Assembly: GCA_965213925.1 (NCBI GenBank)
Contig: OZ243927.1
Span: 1,184,001 to 1,248,000, forward strand
Direction: 5' to 3'
DNA length: 64,000 bases
DNA from: Trueperaceae bacterium
GTDB lineage: Bacteria > Deinococcota > Deinococci > Deinococcales > Trueperaceae
Numbering within the stretch: the first letter of the stretch is position 1; every line of letters begins with the position of its first letter. Below, piece by piece: positions 40,363 through 51,050 of the stretch. The notes under the pieces were generated by a model, which worked only from the letters and a program-made list of their open reading frames with translations, was not told the DNA's origin and did not search any database. A program made the position numbers and the translations under genes.

Positions 40363-41055
40363 ATGCCCCTTTTCAAGGTTAAATCTCTAAAGAAAACCTA
40401 TCAAATCGGCGAGGTCAAAACGCACGCTTTACAAGGTGTAGACCTTACGGTAGATAAAGGCGAGTTCACCGCCATCGCTGGACCGTCGGGCAGCGGTAAG
40501 AGCACGCTCTTGCACCTCATGGGCGGGCTCGATACGCCCACCTCGGGCGAGGTTTATTTGAACGACAAGCGCATCGACCAGCTCAGCAAGAAAGAGGCGG
40601 CGGCGGTGAGGTTGGATAAACTTGGGTTCGTCTTTCAAGCCTACAACCTCATCCCGGTGCTCACAGCCTTGGAGAACGCCGCGTTCGTTTTGGAGTTGCA
40701 GGGTGTGGGTAAAAAGGAGCGAGAAACGAAGGCGCTCGCGTCCTTAAAAGCCTTAGGTATGGAAGAATTCGCTGACCGCCGCCCCAACCAACTTTCCGGC
40801 GGGCAGCAGCAGCGCGTGGCGGTAGCGCGTGCCTTCGCCGCTAGCCCGGACATCATCCTAGCCGACGAACCTACCGCCAACTTGGACAGCAAGTCAGGGG
40901 GCGACCTCATCGAACTGATGAAGCGGCTGAACGAAGACGAGGGCGTGACCTTTGTGTTCTCCACGCACGACCCAAGACTTTTGGACCATGTGAAGCGCAC
41001 CGTGAATATGGAGGATGGGCGCGTCTTGCGCGAGGGGGCGTTGCAAGCGGCATGA
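40363..41055 (+). CDS. ABC transporter ATP-binding protein (LolD-like)
   Basis: GPSGSGKST, LSGGQQQRVA, ADEPTANLD, STHD. Confidence 0.95.
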   Translation: MPLFKVKSLKKTYQIGEVKTHALQGVDLTVDKGEFTAIAGPSGSGKSTLLHLMGGLDTPTSGEVYLNDKRIDQLSKKEAAAVRLDKLGFVFQAYNLIPVLTALENAAFVLELQGVGKKERETKALASLKALGMEEFADRRPNQLSGGQQQRVAVARAFAASPDIILADEPTANLDSKSGGDLIELMKRLNEDEGVTFVFSTHDPRLLDHVKRTVNMEDGRVLREGALQAA

Positions 41056-41996
41056 GGTACGCCGCTATCCTCTTTATATCCTCTATGTTATTTACGTCCC
41101 TCTCCTTTGCGCAACTGAATTACAGAGGTGAGCTGGAGGTCGCCGAAGATGCAACTGTCGTTCTTGACTCAGGCGAAGAGGTCGGCTGGACGGTAGCGGC
41201 GCACGTCGAAGCGGACTACCGCTTGGAGCCCGTGACCTTGAACCTCGAGCTAGACCCCAGCCTCCGCTTTAGCGAAGAGGTCACAGCGGAACCTGGACTT
41301 ACTGAGCTTTACGCCGCAACCTCGTTAGGCGACGTCGAACTGAGCGCGGGGCGCGAACGACTTGCGCTCGAGTATGGACGCATCACGCTGCCGTTTGTGG
41401 TCGAGGAACTCAACGATAGAGGGGTGCGGTTGGGCGTGCCTGGGGTGCGGGCGACCTGGTTCCCGGAGAACTACCGGGTGCGTGGGGCGCTCTTCTATAG
41501 AGACACCGTAATCCCACTTATCAACGTGCGGCGGACCTTTGGAGCGTTCGAGTTAGAAGCGACAGCCCTGTACCAAGACCGTTTTGTGGCAGGCTTAGGC
41601 GGCAGCGGCTCCGTCGGCGACCTCGTCGTGTACGGTGAAGGTTGGCTCCTCACTGATCCGGTGAATGCTCGGGGTGCGCTTGGCGTAACGGGCTATCTGG
41701 GCGACAGGCTTTGGACGGTAGAAGGGGCGTATGCACCTCTTGAGCCGGACGCTTTAGCGCCCGAACTCGGTCCAGCGGCGGCGCGTGTGGCGGGGCAACT
41801 CACCTTGTTACAAAACGAGGACTCGAGCCTGCAACTAGACGCCCGCGTGGGCTTTCCAGAGACCGGCGTCGAGGTCAGCCCGACGCTGAACTACACCGCG
41901 CTAGGCGACCAGGAACTCACGGCGGCTTTCGGCGGACGCTTCAGCGAAGCGGCGACGGTACTCACCTTGAATGTAAGGATTCGGGCGTTTTTCTGA
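41052..41996 (+). CDS. Putative outer-membrane beta-barrel protein
   Basis: Signal peptide, alternating beta pattern, terminal Phe; last gene of the ABC operon. Confidence 0.65.
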   Translation: MRYAAILFISSMLFTSLSFAQLNYRGELEVAEDATVVLDSGEEVGWTVAAHVEADYRLEPVTLNLELDPSLRFSEEVTAEPGLTELYAATSLGDVELSAGRERLALEYGRITLPFVVEELNDRGVRLGVPGVRATWFPENYRVRGALFYRDTVIPLINVRRTFGAFELEATALYQDRFVAGLGGSGSVGDLVVYGEGWLLTDPVNARGALGVTGYLGDRLWTVEGAYAPLEPDALAPELGPAAARVAGQLTLLQNEDSSLQLDARVGFPETGVEVSPTLNYTALGDQELTAAFGGRFSEAATVLTLNVRIRAFF

Positions 41997-42003
41997 AACT
42001 GAT

Positions 42004-42235
42004 TACACCGTTAAGTAAAAAATGACTCATGTCATTCTGAACGGAGCCCTACGGCGAGCGTAGGATAGACTCCGCCCTACGGTAAACCATAGGATAGACT
42101 CCGTGAAAGAATCTCTGCCCTTGCTGACTCCTCTGATAGAGAAGGAAAGTTACGTAGTTTTGGCATAGCCAACCGAGACCCTCACGCCTTCGGCTCAGGG
42201 TGACAACAATGGCGCAGAATTTACTTAACGGTGTA
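42004..42235. mobile_element. MITE-like family A copy
   Basis: Perfect TIR TACACCGTTAAGTAAA / TTTACTTAACGGTGTA; 5-bp direct repeat CTGAT on both sides. Confidence 0.92.
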
Positions 42236-42239
42236 CTGA

Positions 42240-42469
42240 TAGCGTTTCCACTTGAAGCTGCTACAGCAGCTTCAAATGTGAGCGGAAAAGAGCCTTTAGC
42301 TGGAGGTAGCGTTACGGGCAGCCGCCCTGCCGTTGCATCTTCAAATCAACGCACGTAGATAACGGCTCACTGTGCGTCGCGTGGTCCCGCTCCCGCTAGC
42401 TGCTAAAGGCTTCTCTGCGAATAGAAACAAACGCTGTCAGTGGTGTAGCAATGACTCGTGGAAATGCTA
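42240..42469. mobile_element. MITE-like element with family-B-type ends and internal AAGAGCCTTTAGC...GCTAAAGGCTTCT unit
   Basis: Ends TAGCGTTTCCAC / GTGGAAATGCTA. Confidence 0.75.
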
Positions 42470-42485
42470 TGAAAGTAGACGACTA

Positions 42486-42596
42486 TAGCAGGTATCATCT
42501 GGTTTGAGCCAATCTCACAAGATAGAACATTGTGCAGCACACACCTTAGGGGATGATATCTGCGTGATTCAAGCTCAGTAGTTATGATAATTGCTT
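42486..42596. mobile_element. MITE-like family B copy, short 'empty' form
   Basis: TAGCAGGTATCATCTGGTTTGAGCCAATCTCAC...GGGATGATATCTGCG aligns to the 33174 and 51051 copies without their inserts. Confidence 0.75.
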
Positions 42597-42736
42597 TAAT
42601 ACGAGGTTGCGCGGCTTAGTTTGCAAACTAAGCCGTGCCCTTCACGGATGGGACGTAAACTCGGCGCTTCGCTTAGACGCTCGTAGCGATCGGCAGCGCC
42701 ACCCGAAACTCCGCCCCGACCCGTTATGATGTGCTC

Positions 42737-44041
42737 ATGGAGCGTGAGAACATAGGGCGCAAGAGGCAAGAGGCTATTTACATCGGCGGGGTGGCGGGCG
42801 ACAAGCCGGCTGTACCCGTTGACGTGGCGAAGCTCGAGGCGGCCGCCCGCCGTAAGATGAGCGCCGAGGGCTACGCCTACGTCGCGGGTGGCGCGGGCGT
42901 AGAAAGCACCGTGTCGGAGAACCGCCAGGCGTTTGAGCGCTGGCGCATCGTGCCCAGGATGCTCAAGGGCGTGCAGGAGCGCGACACCTCGGTCGAGCTT
43001 TTCGGTCATACGTTACCGAGCCCTTTTTTGCTCGCGCCGATAGGCGTTTTAGAGATGGCACACAAGGAGGCTGATCTCGCCGTCTCGAGAGCCGCCGCCG
43101 CCGAAAACGTCCCCTTCATCTTCTCCAACCAAGCCTCCGCGCCGATGGAGCGGTGCGCCGAGGTGATGGATGAGGTGATAGACAACATGACGGACCGTGG
43201 CGCAGGCAGGACTCCGCGTTGGTTCCAGCTCTACTACAGCCGCAGCGCCGACCTGGTCCTGAGTTTCGTGAGGCGCGCCGAAGCCTGCGGTTGCGCGGCT
43301 ATCGTCGTCACCCTCGACACGACGCTGCTTGGCTGGCGCACCCGCGACCTCGACCTCGCCTACTTACCCTTTTTGCGCGGCAAGGGAATCGCGCAGTACA
43401 CGAGCGACCCCGTGTTTGCACAGCTACTCGAGCAAGCGCCCCCAGCGCAGCGTAGAGGGAGGGTGACCTTCGCCTCCATCCGCGCACTCTGGCAGATGAT
43501 GAGGGCGCACCCCGGCACGTTTCGTACCAATTTGCGCTCCGGCGCACCGATTAAAGCCGTGCAGAGCTTTATCCAAGGCTACTCCAAACCCTCGTTAGAC
43601 TGGGACGACATCGCCTTCTTGCGCGAACAAACCGAGCTACCACTCTTGCTCAAGGGCGTGCTGCATCCAGACGATGCGAAAAAGGCGCTCGAGTATGGCG
43701 TCGACGGGCTCATCGTTTCCAACCACGGCGGGCGGCAGGTCGATGGGTCCATTGCCGCCTTGGACGCGCTACCTAAGATCGCCGAGGTCGTACAAGGCCG
43801 CGTCCCAATTCTCATGGACAGCGGCGTTCGCGGTGGCGCGGACCTCTTCAAAGCGCTCGCATTAGGCGCGACAGCCGTTTGCTTAGGGCGTCCTTACGTC
43901 TACGGCTTGGCGGTGGCGGGCGAGCGGGGCGTGCGCGAGGTGATCCAGAACCTCAAGGCGGACTTCGACCTGACGCTGGGCTTAGCAGGTTGCAAAAGCG
44001 TGCGGGAGATAGACCGAAATAGCCTCTCGGCTAGGATGTAG
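42737..44041 (+). CDS. FMN-dependent alpha-hydroxy acid oxidase (lactate 2-monooxygenase-like)
   Basis: [34 protein letters not shown]. Confidence 0.92.
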   Translation: MERENIGRKRQEAIYIGGVAGDKPAVPVDVAKLEAAARRKMSAEGYAYVAGGAGVESTVSENRQAFERWRIVPRMLKGVQERDTSVELFGHTLPSPFLLAPIGVLEMAHKEADLAVSRAAAAENVPFIFSNQASAPMERCAEVMDEVIDNMTDRGAGRTPRWFQLYYSRSADLVLSFVRRAEACGCAAIVVTLDTTLLGWRTRDLDLAYLPFLRGKGIAQYTSDPVFAQLLEQAPPAQRRGRVTFASIRALWQMMRAHPGTFRTNLRSGAPIKAVQSFIQGYSKPSLDWDDIAFLREQTELPLLLKGVLHPDDAKKALEYGVDGLIVSNHGGRQVDGSIAALDALPKIAEVVQGRVPILMDSGVRGGADLFKALALGATAVCLGRPYVYGLAVAGERGVREVIQNLKADFDLTLGLAGCKSVREIDRNSLSARM

Positions 44042-44067
44042 CCTCCTCCGGTCGGGTGAACGACTAG

Positions 44068-44458
44068 TGCAAGTTTTGCAGTACTGTTGTCACCCTGTTC
44101 ACGCAGTACGACGAAGTCCGGCGAAGGCGTAAGGGTCTCGTTTGGCAATAGCCAAAACTCTGTAACTTTCAATCTCAGCAAGAGGAGTCAGCAAGGTCAG
44201 AGATTCTTCGACTCCGCTTCGCTCCGCTCAGAATGACATGATTCATTATTTGTCCAACGATGTACTAGTACAGCGTCAACTAAGTATTGATACTTCCTAC
44301 TGATGTCACCCTGAGCGAATGCGTAAGGGTCTCGTCCTCCAATCTCGGCTAGGCAAGAAGGCGAATGCAGAGATTCTTACACTCCGCTTCGCTCTTCTTC
44401 GAAGGTGCTAACGCGAACCGTTCAGAATGACATCACTCATCTTTTAATTTACAGAGTA
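44068..44458. mobile_element. Two tandem MITE-like family A copies (44068-44264, 44269-44458)
   Basis: CTAG at 44064-67, 44265-68 and 44459-62 brackets the two copies; shared family A cores. Confidence 0.85.
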
Positions 44459-44554
44459 CTAGGGTCGGTTTCTCTGCGTACTGACGCCCATCTTCTGATG
44501 CCGCCTCGAGTTTCTGTTACGCTACGGTATAGAGAAGAGAATCGGGGCGAGGCT

Positions 44555-47500
44555 GTGTCAGAAGAAGCCGGGTTAGACAAAACCGAGGTAGATGAAACTG
44601 GGGTGGATCAAACCAAGCCAGATCAGCGTGAGTCGGAGGATGAAACGAGCGCGCAGCCGGGCGCATCCTCAGATTCATCGCTGAGCATCGTCGGGCTAGG
44701 CGCGTCGGCGGGTGGCTTGGGAGCGTTGCAGCGCTTCTTTAAGCACACGCCTGCGCAGAGCGGACTCGCCTTCGCCGTCGTGATGCACCTCTCACCCGAG
44801 CACGAGAGCCACCTAGCCTCCCTCTTGGAGGGACACACCGACATGACGGTGGTGCAGGTCAACGAGACGTTGCCGATGGAAGCCGAGCACGTCTACGTGA
44901 TTCCGCCGAACCGTAACCTCTCGGCTATCGACACGCACTTGCGCTTAGACCCCCTGGAGAACGAGCGGCGGCAGCGTGCGCCCATCGACCACTTTTTCAG
45001 AACCCTCGCCCGGATGCACGGCGAGCGGGCTGTGGCTGTCGTTCTGTCCGGCACGGGCTCGGACGGCGCGGTAGGGTTGGGGCGCATCAAAGAGGCCGGG
45101 GGGCTCGCCGTGGTGCAAGACCCCAAGGAAGCCGAGTACGATAATATGCCGCAGAGCGCCATCGCGACGGGGCAAGTCGATCTCGTTTTGAAGGTCGAGG
45201 CGATGCCGGAGCGGATCGTCCGCTACACCAGGGAGCGGCGCGAGTTGCGGCTTCCCGAGAGTGACGAGTCCTTAGAGCAAGATGAACTCGAGGTGTTGGG
45301 GCGCATCCTCGCGCAGCTTCGCGCCCAGACCTCTCACGACTTCTCTCAGTACAAGCGCTCCACGCTCTTGCGCCGCATCGCCCGCCGGATGCAGCTTCAC
45401 CACCTGGAACGGCTGCTGGACTACCTGGAACGGCTGCGCACCGACCCCGATGAGGTCGCGCTGCTCTACCGCGACCTGCTCATCACCGTCACCAACTTCT
45501 TCAGGGACGAAGAGGCGTTCGGAGCACTGGAGCAGCACGTCGCTACGCTCTTTGAGGGCAAGGGTCCCGGCGACAGCGTGCGGGTCTGGAGCGTCGGCTG
45601 CGCGACCGGAGAGGAGGCGTACAGCCTCGCCATTTTACTCCTCGAGCACGCGCACCGGCTTTCCGCTCCGCCCAGCGTGCAACTCTTCGCCACCGACGTT
45701 CACCCGGACGCGCTCACGCGGGCCCGCGAGGGGATGTTCCCCAAAGGGATCGCGAGCGACGTCGGCGAGGCGCGGTTGCGGGAATTTTTCGTGGAGGAGT
45801 CGGGCGGCTACCGCATCAGCCAAGCGGTGCGCGAAAGGGTGGTCTTCGCGCCGCACAACCTCCTTTCCGATCCGCCCTTCGCCCACCTCGACCTGGTGGT
45901 GTGCCGCAACGTGCTCATCTACCTTAAACGCGAGGTGCAGCGCAAGGTCTTCGAGCTGTTCCACTACGCACTCCGCGAAAACGGCACGCTCTTTTTAGGC
46001 ACGTCGGAGACCGCCGACGACGCGCTCTTTGACATGGTGAGCAAAAAGCACCACCTCTACCGGCGTAAGAACAAGCGTGTGGGGTTGCATCTGCCTCAGC
46101 TCCCCCTCTCGCCGCCCAGCGCGGCGAAACCGTCAGGGACGCGCAGAGACGAGGAGGGCACATCTCATATACCTTCTGGCGGTGCGTCCTCTGACGGTGC
46201 CTCCTACGGGGCGCAGCACGCCCGCGCCGCCGAGCGCTACGCCCCGCCCAGCGTGCTGATCGGCGAAGACCACGACATTCTGCACTTTTCTGAACACGTC
46301 GGGCGCTACCTCGAGCAGCCCGGCGGCGACCCCACCGACAACCTGTATCGGCGCATCCGCGCTGAGCTGCGCGACGGACTCCGCGCCGCGCTGCAAGCTG
46401 CCGAGGACCGGTCAGCTCGAGATAAAACGGGGCGGAGTCGTCCGGTAACGCTCCGCATCGAGGGCGAGAGGCGGCAGGTCGCCCTGCAAGCCTCACGTAC
46501 TCAAGACGACGACCTTCAAGGGGCCACCCTAATCCTGTTCTACGAGTGGGAGCCCGAGGGAGACGAAGCGGCGCGTGCGAAGGGTGACGCCGAGGGCCCT
46601 AGCGCCGCTGATCCGGTGGTCGAACGGCTCGAGGCGGACGTTGCCGGGCTCCGCGAGCGGCTCCGCGCCGCCACCAGCGAGTACGAGACCTCGCGCGAAG
46701 AGATGAAAGCGAGCAACGAAGAGTTGCAGTCGATGAACGAAGAGCTGCGCTCCACCGCCGAGGAGCTGGAGACCTCCAAGGAGGAGTTGCAGTCCATCAA
46801 CGAAGAACTCGCTACTCTAAACCAGGAGAACCGGCACAAGGTCGAGGAACTGTCACAGCTCACGGGCGATTTGCAAAACCTGCTCGCCGCCACGGATATC
46901 GCCACGCTCTTTTTAGACCGCAAGCTGCGCATCCGGCGCTTCACGCCCAAGGTGGACGAACTGTTCAGCATCCGCGCAGGCGACGTGGGCAGACCGCTCG
47001 CGGACCTCACCCACCGGCTCGGCGACCAGACGCTCATCGCCGACGCCGAGGCGGTGCTGCGCACGTTGCGCCCTCTGGAGCGTGAGGTTAGGGGGGGAGC
47101 GAACGCGGCGGAGGATACGCCCTGGTATCTCATGCGCATGTTGCCTTACCGCACGCCCGAGGACCGCATCGACGGGGTGGTCCTGACCTTCGTCGAGATC
47201 ACCCGCTTGAAGCGTGCGGAAGAGACGCTGCGCCGCTCCGAGGAGCGCTACCGGCTGCTCGTCGAGAGCGTCAGCGAATACGCCATTTTCACCACCGACG
47301 AGCGCGGCGAGGTCACCACCTGGAACACGGGTGCGGAAAGGCTCCTCGGCTACACCGAGGAGGAAGCGGTAGGCAGGAACGCTGACCTCATCTTCACCGA
47401 GGAGGACCGGGCGGCGGGCGTGCCCCGGCGAGAGTTGGAACGTGCGGCGGAAGAGGGCCAAGCGACGGACGAGCGCTGGCACCGCCGGGCGGACGGGTCA

Positions 47501-48364
47501 CGCCTCTGGGCTAGTGGCGTGGTGACGCCGCTCCAGGGACTGGACGCGGGGCTGCGCGGCTTCGCCAAGGTGATGCGCGACAACACCCGGCGCAAGAGAG
47601 CTGAGGAGGAGCGCGAGGGCTTACTGAACGAACTCGCCGCCGAGCGCGAAGAGCTGAGAAAGCTGAACGAGACGCTCGAGACCCGCGTATCTAAACGCAC
47701 GCTCGAGGTGCGCAAGCTCGCGGCTCAGCTCACTCTAGCTGAGGGGCTCGAGCGCAACCGCGTCGCGCAAGCTTTACACGACGAACTGCAACAGCAACTC
47801 GTCGCCCTCCAGTTCCCGCTCAGCAACCTGCGCAAGCGGGTGACGGGTGAGGACGCCGAGGTGCTAAAAGAGGTGTCCGAACTGCTTAGAGGTGCGATCA
47901 CGACGACCCGCCAGGTGACGAGCGACCTGAGCCCGCCCGTGCTGCGCGGCGAAGGGCTCGTCGAGGCGCTGCGCTGGCTCACCCGCCGCTTGGAGGAGCG
48001 TTTCGGCCTGCGTATCAGCTTGGAGGCAGAGGGTGAGATCGGCGTGCAGGGCGAGGCGGTGCGGGCGCTGCTCTTCTCGCTCGTGCGCGAACTTCTCTTT
48101 AACGTCGCCAAGCACGCGGATATCGACCAGGCGAGCGTCACCGTGCGCGAAGCGGAGGACGTGCTCACGCTCACCGTCGCCGACGGGGGTAAGGGCTTCG
48201 ACCTCGCGGTGCTCGGTACCGACGGAAATGGGACCGGCTTAGGGCTCAGGAGCGCCCGCGAAAGGTTGAGGCTCTTCGGCGGCGACATTGAAATTGTGAG
48301 TCAGCCCGGCGACGGTACACACGTCACTATCACCGTGCCCGTCTCGTCGCTTACACTGAAGTAA
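44555..48364 (+). CDS. CheB methylesterase-CheR methyltransferase fusion with coiled coil, PAS domains and HisKA_3 kinase
   Basis: GASAGG/HLSP/GSDG; WSVGCATGEEAYS, CRNVLIY; EELQSMNEEL repeats; ALHDELQQ, DGGKGF; start taken at GTG 44555. Confidence 0.92.
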   Translation: MSEEAGLDKTEVDETGVDQTKPDQRESEDETSAQPGASSDSSLSIVGLGASAGGLGALQRFFKHTPAQSGLAFAVVMHLSPEHESHLASLLEGHTDMTVVQVNETLPMEAEHVYVIPPNRNLSAIDTHLRLDPLENERRQRAPIDHFFRTLARMHGERAVAVVLSGTGSDGAVGLGRIKEAGGLAVVQDPKEAEYDNMPQSAIATGQVDLVLKVEAMPERIVRYTRERRELRLPESDESLEQDELEVLGRILAQLRAQTSHDFSQYKRSTLLRRIARRMQLHHLERLLDYLERLRTDPDEVALLYRDLLITVTNFFRDEEAFGALEQHVATLFEGKGPGDSVRVWSVGCATGEEAYSLAILLLEHAHRLSAPPSVQLFATDVHPDALTRAREGMFPKGIASDVGEARLREFFVEESGGYRISQAVRERVVFAPHNLLSDPPFAHLDLVVCRNVLIYLKREVQRKVFELFHYALRENGTLFLGTSETADDALFDMVSKKHHLYRRKNKRVGLHLPQLPLSPPSAAKPSGTRRDEEGTSHIPSGGASSDGASYGAQHARAAERYAPPSVLIGEDHDILHFSEHVGRYLEQPGGDPTDNLYRRIRAELRDGLRAALQAAEDRSARDKTGRSRPVTLRIEGERRQVALQASRTQDDDLQGATLILFYEWEPEGDEAARAKGDAEGPSAADPVVERLEADVAGLRERLRAATSEYETSREEMKASNEELQSMNEELRSTAEELETSKEELQSINEELATLNQENRHKVEELSQLTGDLQNLLAATDIATLFLDRKLRIRRFTPKVDELFSIRAGDVGRPLADLTHRLGDQTLIADAEAVLRTLRPLEREVRGGANAAEDTPWYLMRMLPYRTPEDRIDGVVLTFVEITRLKRAEETLRRSEERYRLLVESVSEYAIFTTDERGEVTTWNTGAERLLGYTEEEAVGRNADLIFTEEDRAAGVPRRELERAAEEGQATDERWHRRADGSRLWASGVVTPLQGLDAGLRGFAKVMRDNTRRKRAEEEREGLLNELAAEREELRKLNETLETRVSKRTLEVRKLAAQLTLAEGLERNRVAQALHDELQQQLVALQFPLSNLRKRVTGEDAEVLKEVSELLRGAITTTRQVTSDLSPPVLRGEGLVEALRWLTRRLEERFGLRISLEAEGEIGVQGEAVRALLFSLVRELLFNVAKHADIDQASVTVREAEDVLTLTVADGGKGFDLAVLGTDGNGTGLGLRSARERLRLFGGDIEIVSQPGDGTHVTITVPVSSLTLK

Positions 48365-48419
48365 CTTAGGAGCGTCGAAGACCACCAGTGCACCATACGA
48401 CTCTTTTGGGGGAGGGCGT

Positions 48420-48824
48420 ATGAACGATCAAACCATCTTTATTTTAGAAGACCACGACCTCGTGCGGCGGATGCTGCGCAGGCTCTTGGAGGATGACGGC
48501 CTTACCGTCGTCGGCGAAGCGGTCTCCGCCGAGGACGCCCTGCGTGCGCCCGAACTCAGGCGCGCCGCGCTCGTGCTCGTCGACCTCTCGCTCCCCGGCA
48601 TGAGCGGCTTAGACTTCATCCGCTCACCGCGCACCGAAGCGAGCCGCTGCTTGGTGGTCTCGGCTCACACCGAGCCCTTCTACGCTCAAGCTGCTTGTCA
48701 AGCGGGCGCGGCGGGGTTCGTGGCGAAGGACGACCCGGACGCGATTTTGGAGGCGGTGCGGCGAGCGCTAGCGGCTGTGTCGCCCAACATGAACGGCTCA
48801 CACGGCGTCCACCGTTCAACCTGA
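48420..48824 (+). CDS. Single-domain response regulator (REC, NarL-like)
   Basis: EDH, VDLSLPGMSG, GAAGFVAK; no HTH. Confidence 0.88.
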   Translation: MNDQTIFILEDHDLVRRMLRRLLEDDGLTVVGEAVSAEDALRAPELRRAALVLVDLSLPGMSGLDFIRSPRTEASRCLVVSAHTEPFYAQAACQAGAAGFVAKDDPDAILEAVRRALAAVSPNMNGSHGVHRST

Positions 48825-48825
48825 G

Positions 48826-49217
48826 TACAGTGTTAGGTAAACAATGAAGCATGTCATTCTGAGCCCTACAGCGAGCTATAGGATAGACTCCACGCAGTGG
48901 AGCGTAAGAATCTCTGACCTTGCTGACTCCTCTGACAGAGAACGAAAGTTACGCAGTTTTGGCACAGCCAACCGAGACCCTCACGCCTTCGCCGGACTTC
49001 GTCTGACTGCGTGAACAGGGTGACATACCATCCCTGATGTCACTCTGAACGAAGCAACGCGAAGTGAAGAGTCTCTGCATTCGCCTTCTCCTTAGTGAGA
49101 GAGCACAGGGCGAGACCCTTACGCCCCTATCGTTCTCACTCCGTTCGGACCCGCCGGACTTCGTCGTACTGCGTGAACAGGGTGACAACAGTTTCGCGTT
49201 CTTTGCTTAACAGAGTA
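48826..49217. mobile_element. Composite MITE-like family A copy with two internal core units
   Basis: Ends TACAGTGTTAGGTAAA / TTTGCTTAACAGAGTA; 5-bp direct repeat CTGAG. Confidence 0.88.
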
Positions 49218-49291
49218 CTGAGCCAGTGTCCTGCTCCTTTTACCCCACCTCGAGCACTATCTTGTGTACGCGCGTCCTATACACTTAAACC

Positions 49292-51043
49292 ATGACCTCC
49301 GCACCTCGAGACGAAACGACGCTAGAGAATATTGCGGCGGTGACGCGCCAGTTGGGGCGGCTCGAGGCGCAGCTCGTCACCTACGTGCAGGCGCTAGGCC
49401 ATGTCGGGGGCGAGCAGGCGACGCTCGTCAGCAACACCCTAGAGGAGTTGCGGCTCACCTACGAGGAGCTGCGCAGCCACAACGAGGCGCTCTCGGGCGT
49501 GCAGCGCAGTCTGCGCGAGGAGCGCCAGCACTACCAGGACCTCGTCGAGTTTGCGGGTGAAGGGCTCGTCGTCACCGACCCGGCGGGCATCATCCGCGAG
49601 GTCAACCGCGCGAGCGTTCAACTCCTCGGCATCGAGCGGCGCTCCCTGGTGGGGCGGCCCCTGCTGGCCTACCTGCGCTCCCCAGCGGGGCGCGAACTCG
49701 CCTGGACGGAACTGCGCGAGCGCGTGGCGGCGCTCGGGCCGGGCGAGCAGGTGCAGTGGGAGGGTCGGCTTAACGCCTGGCGCGAGGTCGAGCCGGAGGT
49801 CGCCGTCACGGTGGCGCGTATCGCCCGGCCGGGCACGGCTGAGGTCAGCGGGCTGCACTGGTCGCTGCGCGACATCAGCGCTCAGAAGCGGAGCGAGGCG
49901 GAGGCGCGGCGGCGTCTGCTCGAGTTGGAGGCGCTCTACGCCGCCGCCCCCATCGGCCTCAGCTACTTAGACCGCGAGCTGCGCTACTTGCGCGTGAACG
50001 AACAGATGGCCGCCATCAACGGTTTTTCGGCCGCTGAACACCTCGGTAAGCGCGGCCCCGAGCTGATGCCTGACCTCGAGGAGACGCTCATACCTACGCT
50101 GCGCGAGGTCTTAGCGCGCGGCGAACCCCGCTTGAACCTCGAGGTCAGCGGCGAGACGCCCGCGCACCCCGGCGAGGTGCGCCACTGGCAGGTCAGCCAC
50201 TACCCGGTCAGGTGCTTAGACGATGAGGTTATCGGCGTCGGCTCGGTGGCGCTCGACATCACCGAGCGCGTGCGCTCGGAGGAGGTTGTGCGGGCGCTTA
50301 ACGAAACCTTGGACGCGCGCGTCCAGGAGCGCACCGAGGAACTGCAGGATGCGAATAAAGCGCTGCGGCGCAGCGAGTGGCGCTTCTACCAAGCCTTCCA
50401 CGCCGGGCCGGTGGCGGCCTGCTTGACCACCCTGGGCGAAGACCGCTTCTTAGAGGTCAACCGCTCGTTCGAAACGCTGACGGGCTACGCCCCGGACGAG
50501 GTCGTCGGCTACACCGCCGAGGAACTCGGCATGTGGTCGTCGCCAGCGGACCGGGCGAAGCTGGCGCGGGCGCAAGAGGCGGACGAAGGGTTTTACGACC
50601 TCGAGCTGAGCTTGCGCACGGAAGCGGGCGACCTGCGCACCGTGCTCCTCTCCGGCGAGGTCATCCAGCTCGACGGCAACGCCGCGCAGCTCAAGTTTTT
50701 TTACGACATCACCAAGCGTAAGCGCGGCGAGCGAGACTTGCTAGAGGCGATTGAGAGCACCCTGCAAGACGCCTCTTGGTTCAGCCACCAGGTCGTCGAG
50801 AAGCTCGCCCAGATTCGCTCGGGTAACCTCGACCAGACCGAGATCGCCGAGCTGACCCCCCGCGAGCAGCAGGTGCTCATACTCGTCGCCAAGGGGCTGA
50901 GCAACGCCCAGATCGCCGCCGACCTCGGCTTAGCGCCGCAGACGGTGCGCAACTACCTCGCGACGCTCTACGACAAGATCGGTATCCACTCTAGGGCCGA
51001 AGTTATCGTGTGGGCGCGGGAGCGCGGCTTGGTCGGACCTTGA
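49292..51043 (+). CDS. Multi-PAS LuxR-family transcriptional regulator
   Basis: Three PAS-like domains; LTPREQQVL...GLSNAQIA..L....QTVRNY. Confidence 0.9.
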   Translation: MTSAPRDETTLENIAAVTRQLGRLEAQLVTYVQALGHVGGEQATLVSNTLEELRLTYEELRSHNEALSGVQRSLREERQHYQDLVEFAGEGLVVTDPAGIIREVNRASVQLLGIERRSLVGRPLLAYLRSPAGRELAWTELRERVAALGPGEQVQWEGRLNAWREVEPEVAVTVARIARPGTAEVSGLHWSLRDISAQKRSEAEARRRLLELEALYAAAPIGLSYLDRELRYLRVNEQMAAINGFSAAEHLGKRGPELMPDLEETLIPTLREVLARGEPRLNLEVSGETPAHPGEVRHWQVSHYPVRCLDDEVIGVGSVALDITERVRSEEVVRALNETLDARVQERTEELQDANKALRRSEWRFYQAFHAGPVAACLTTLGEDRFLEVNRSFETLTGYAPDEVVGYTAEELGMWSSPADRAKLARAQEADEGFYDLELSLRTEAGDLRTVLLSGEVIQLDGNAAQLKFFYDITKRKRGERDLLEAIESTLQDASWFSHQVVEKLAQIRSGNLDQTEIAELTPREQQVLILVAKGLSNAQIAADLGLAPQTVRNYLATLYDKIGIHSRAEVIVWARERGLVGP

Positions 51044-51050
51044 TACGTTA

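Noticed and set aside
42047..42103. Tandem 28-29 bp repeats (CCCTACGG...TAGGATAGACTCCG; also near 60487-60540) as a CRISPR array
   Set aside because: Only two adjacent units, no unique spacers, no cas genes; they are internal modules of family A
44405..44554. N-terminal extension of the CheB/CheR ORF in the ORF track
   Set aside because: It begins inside a family A repeat; GTG 44555 is a more plausible start
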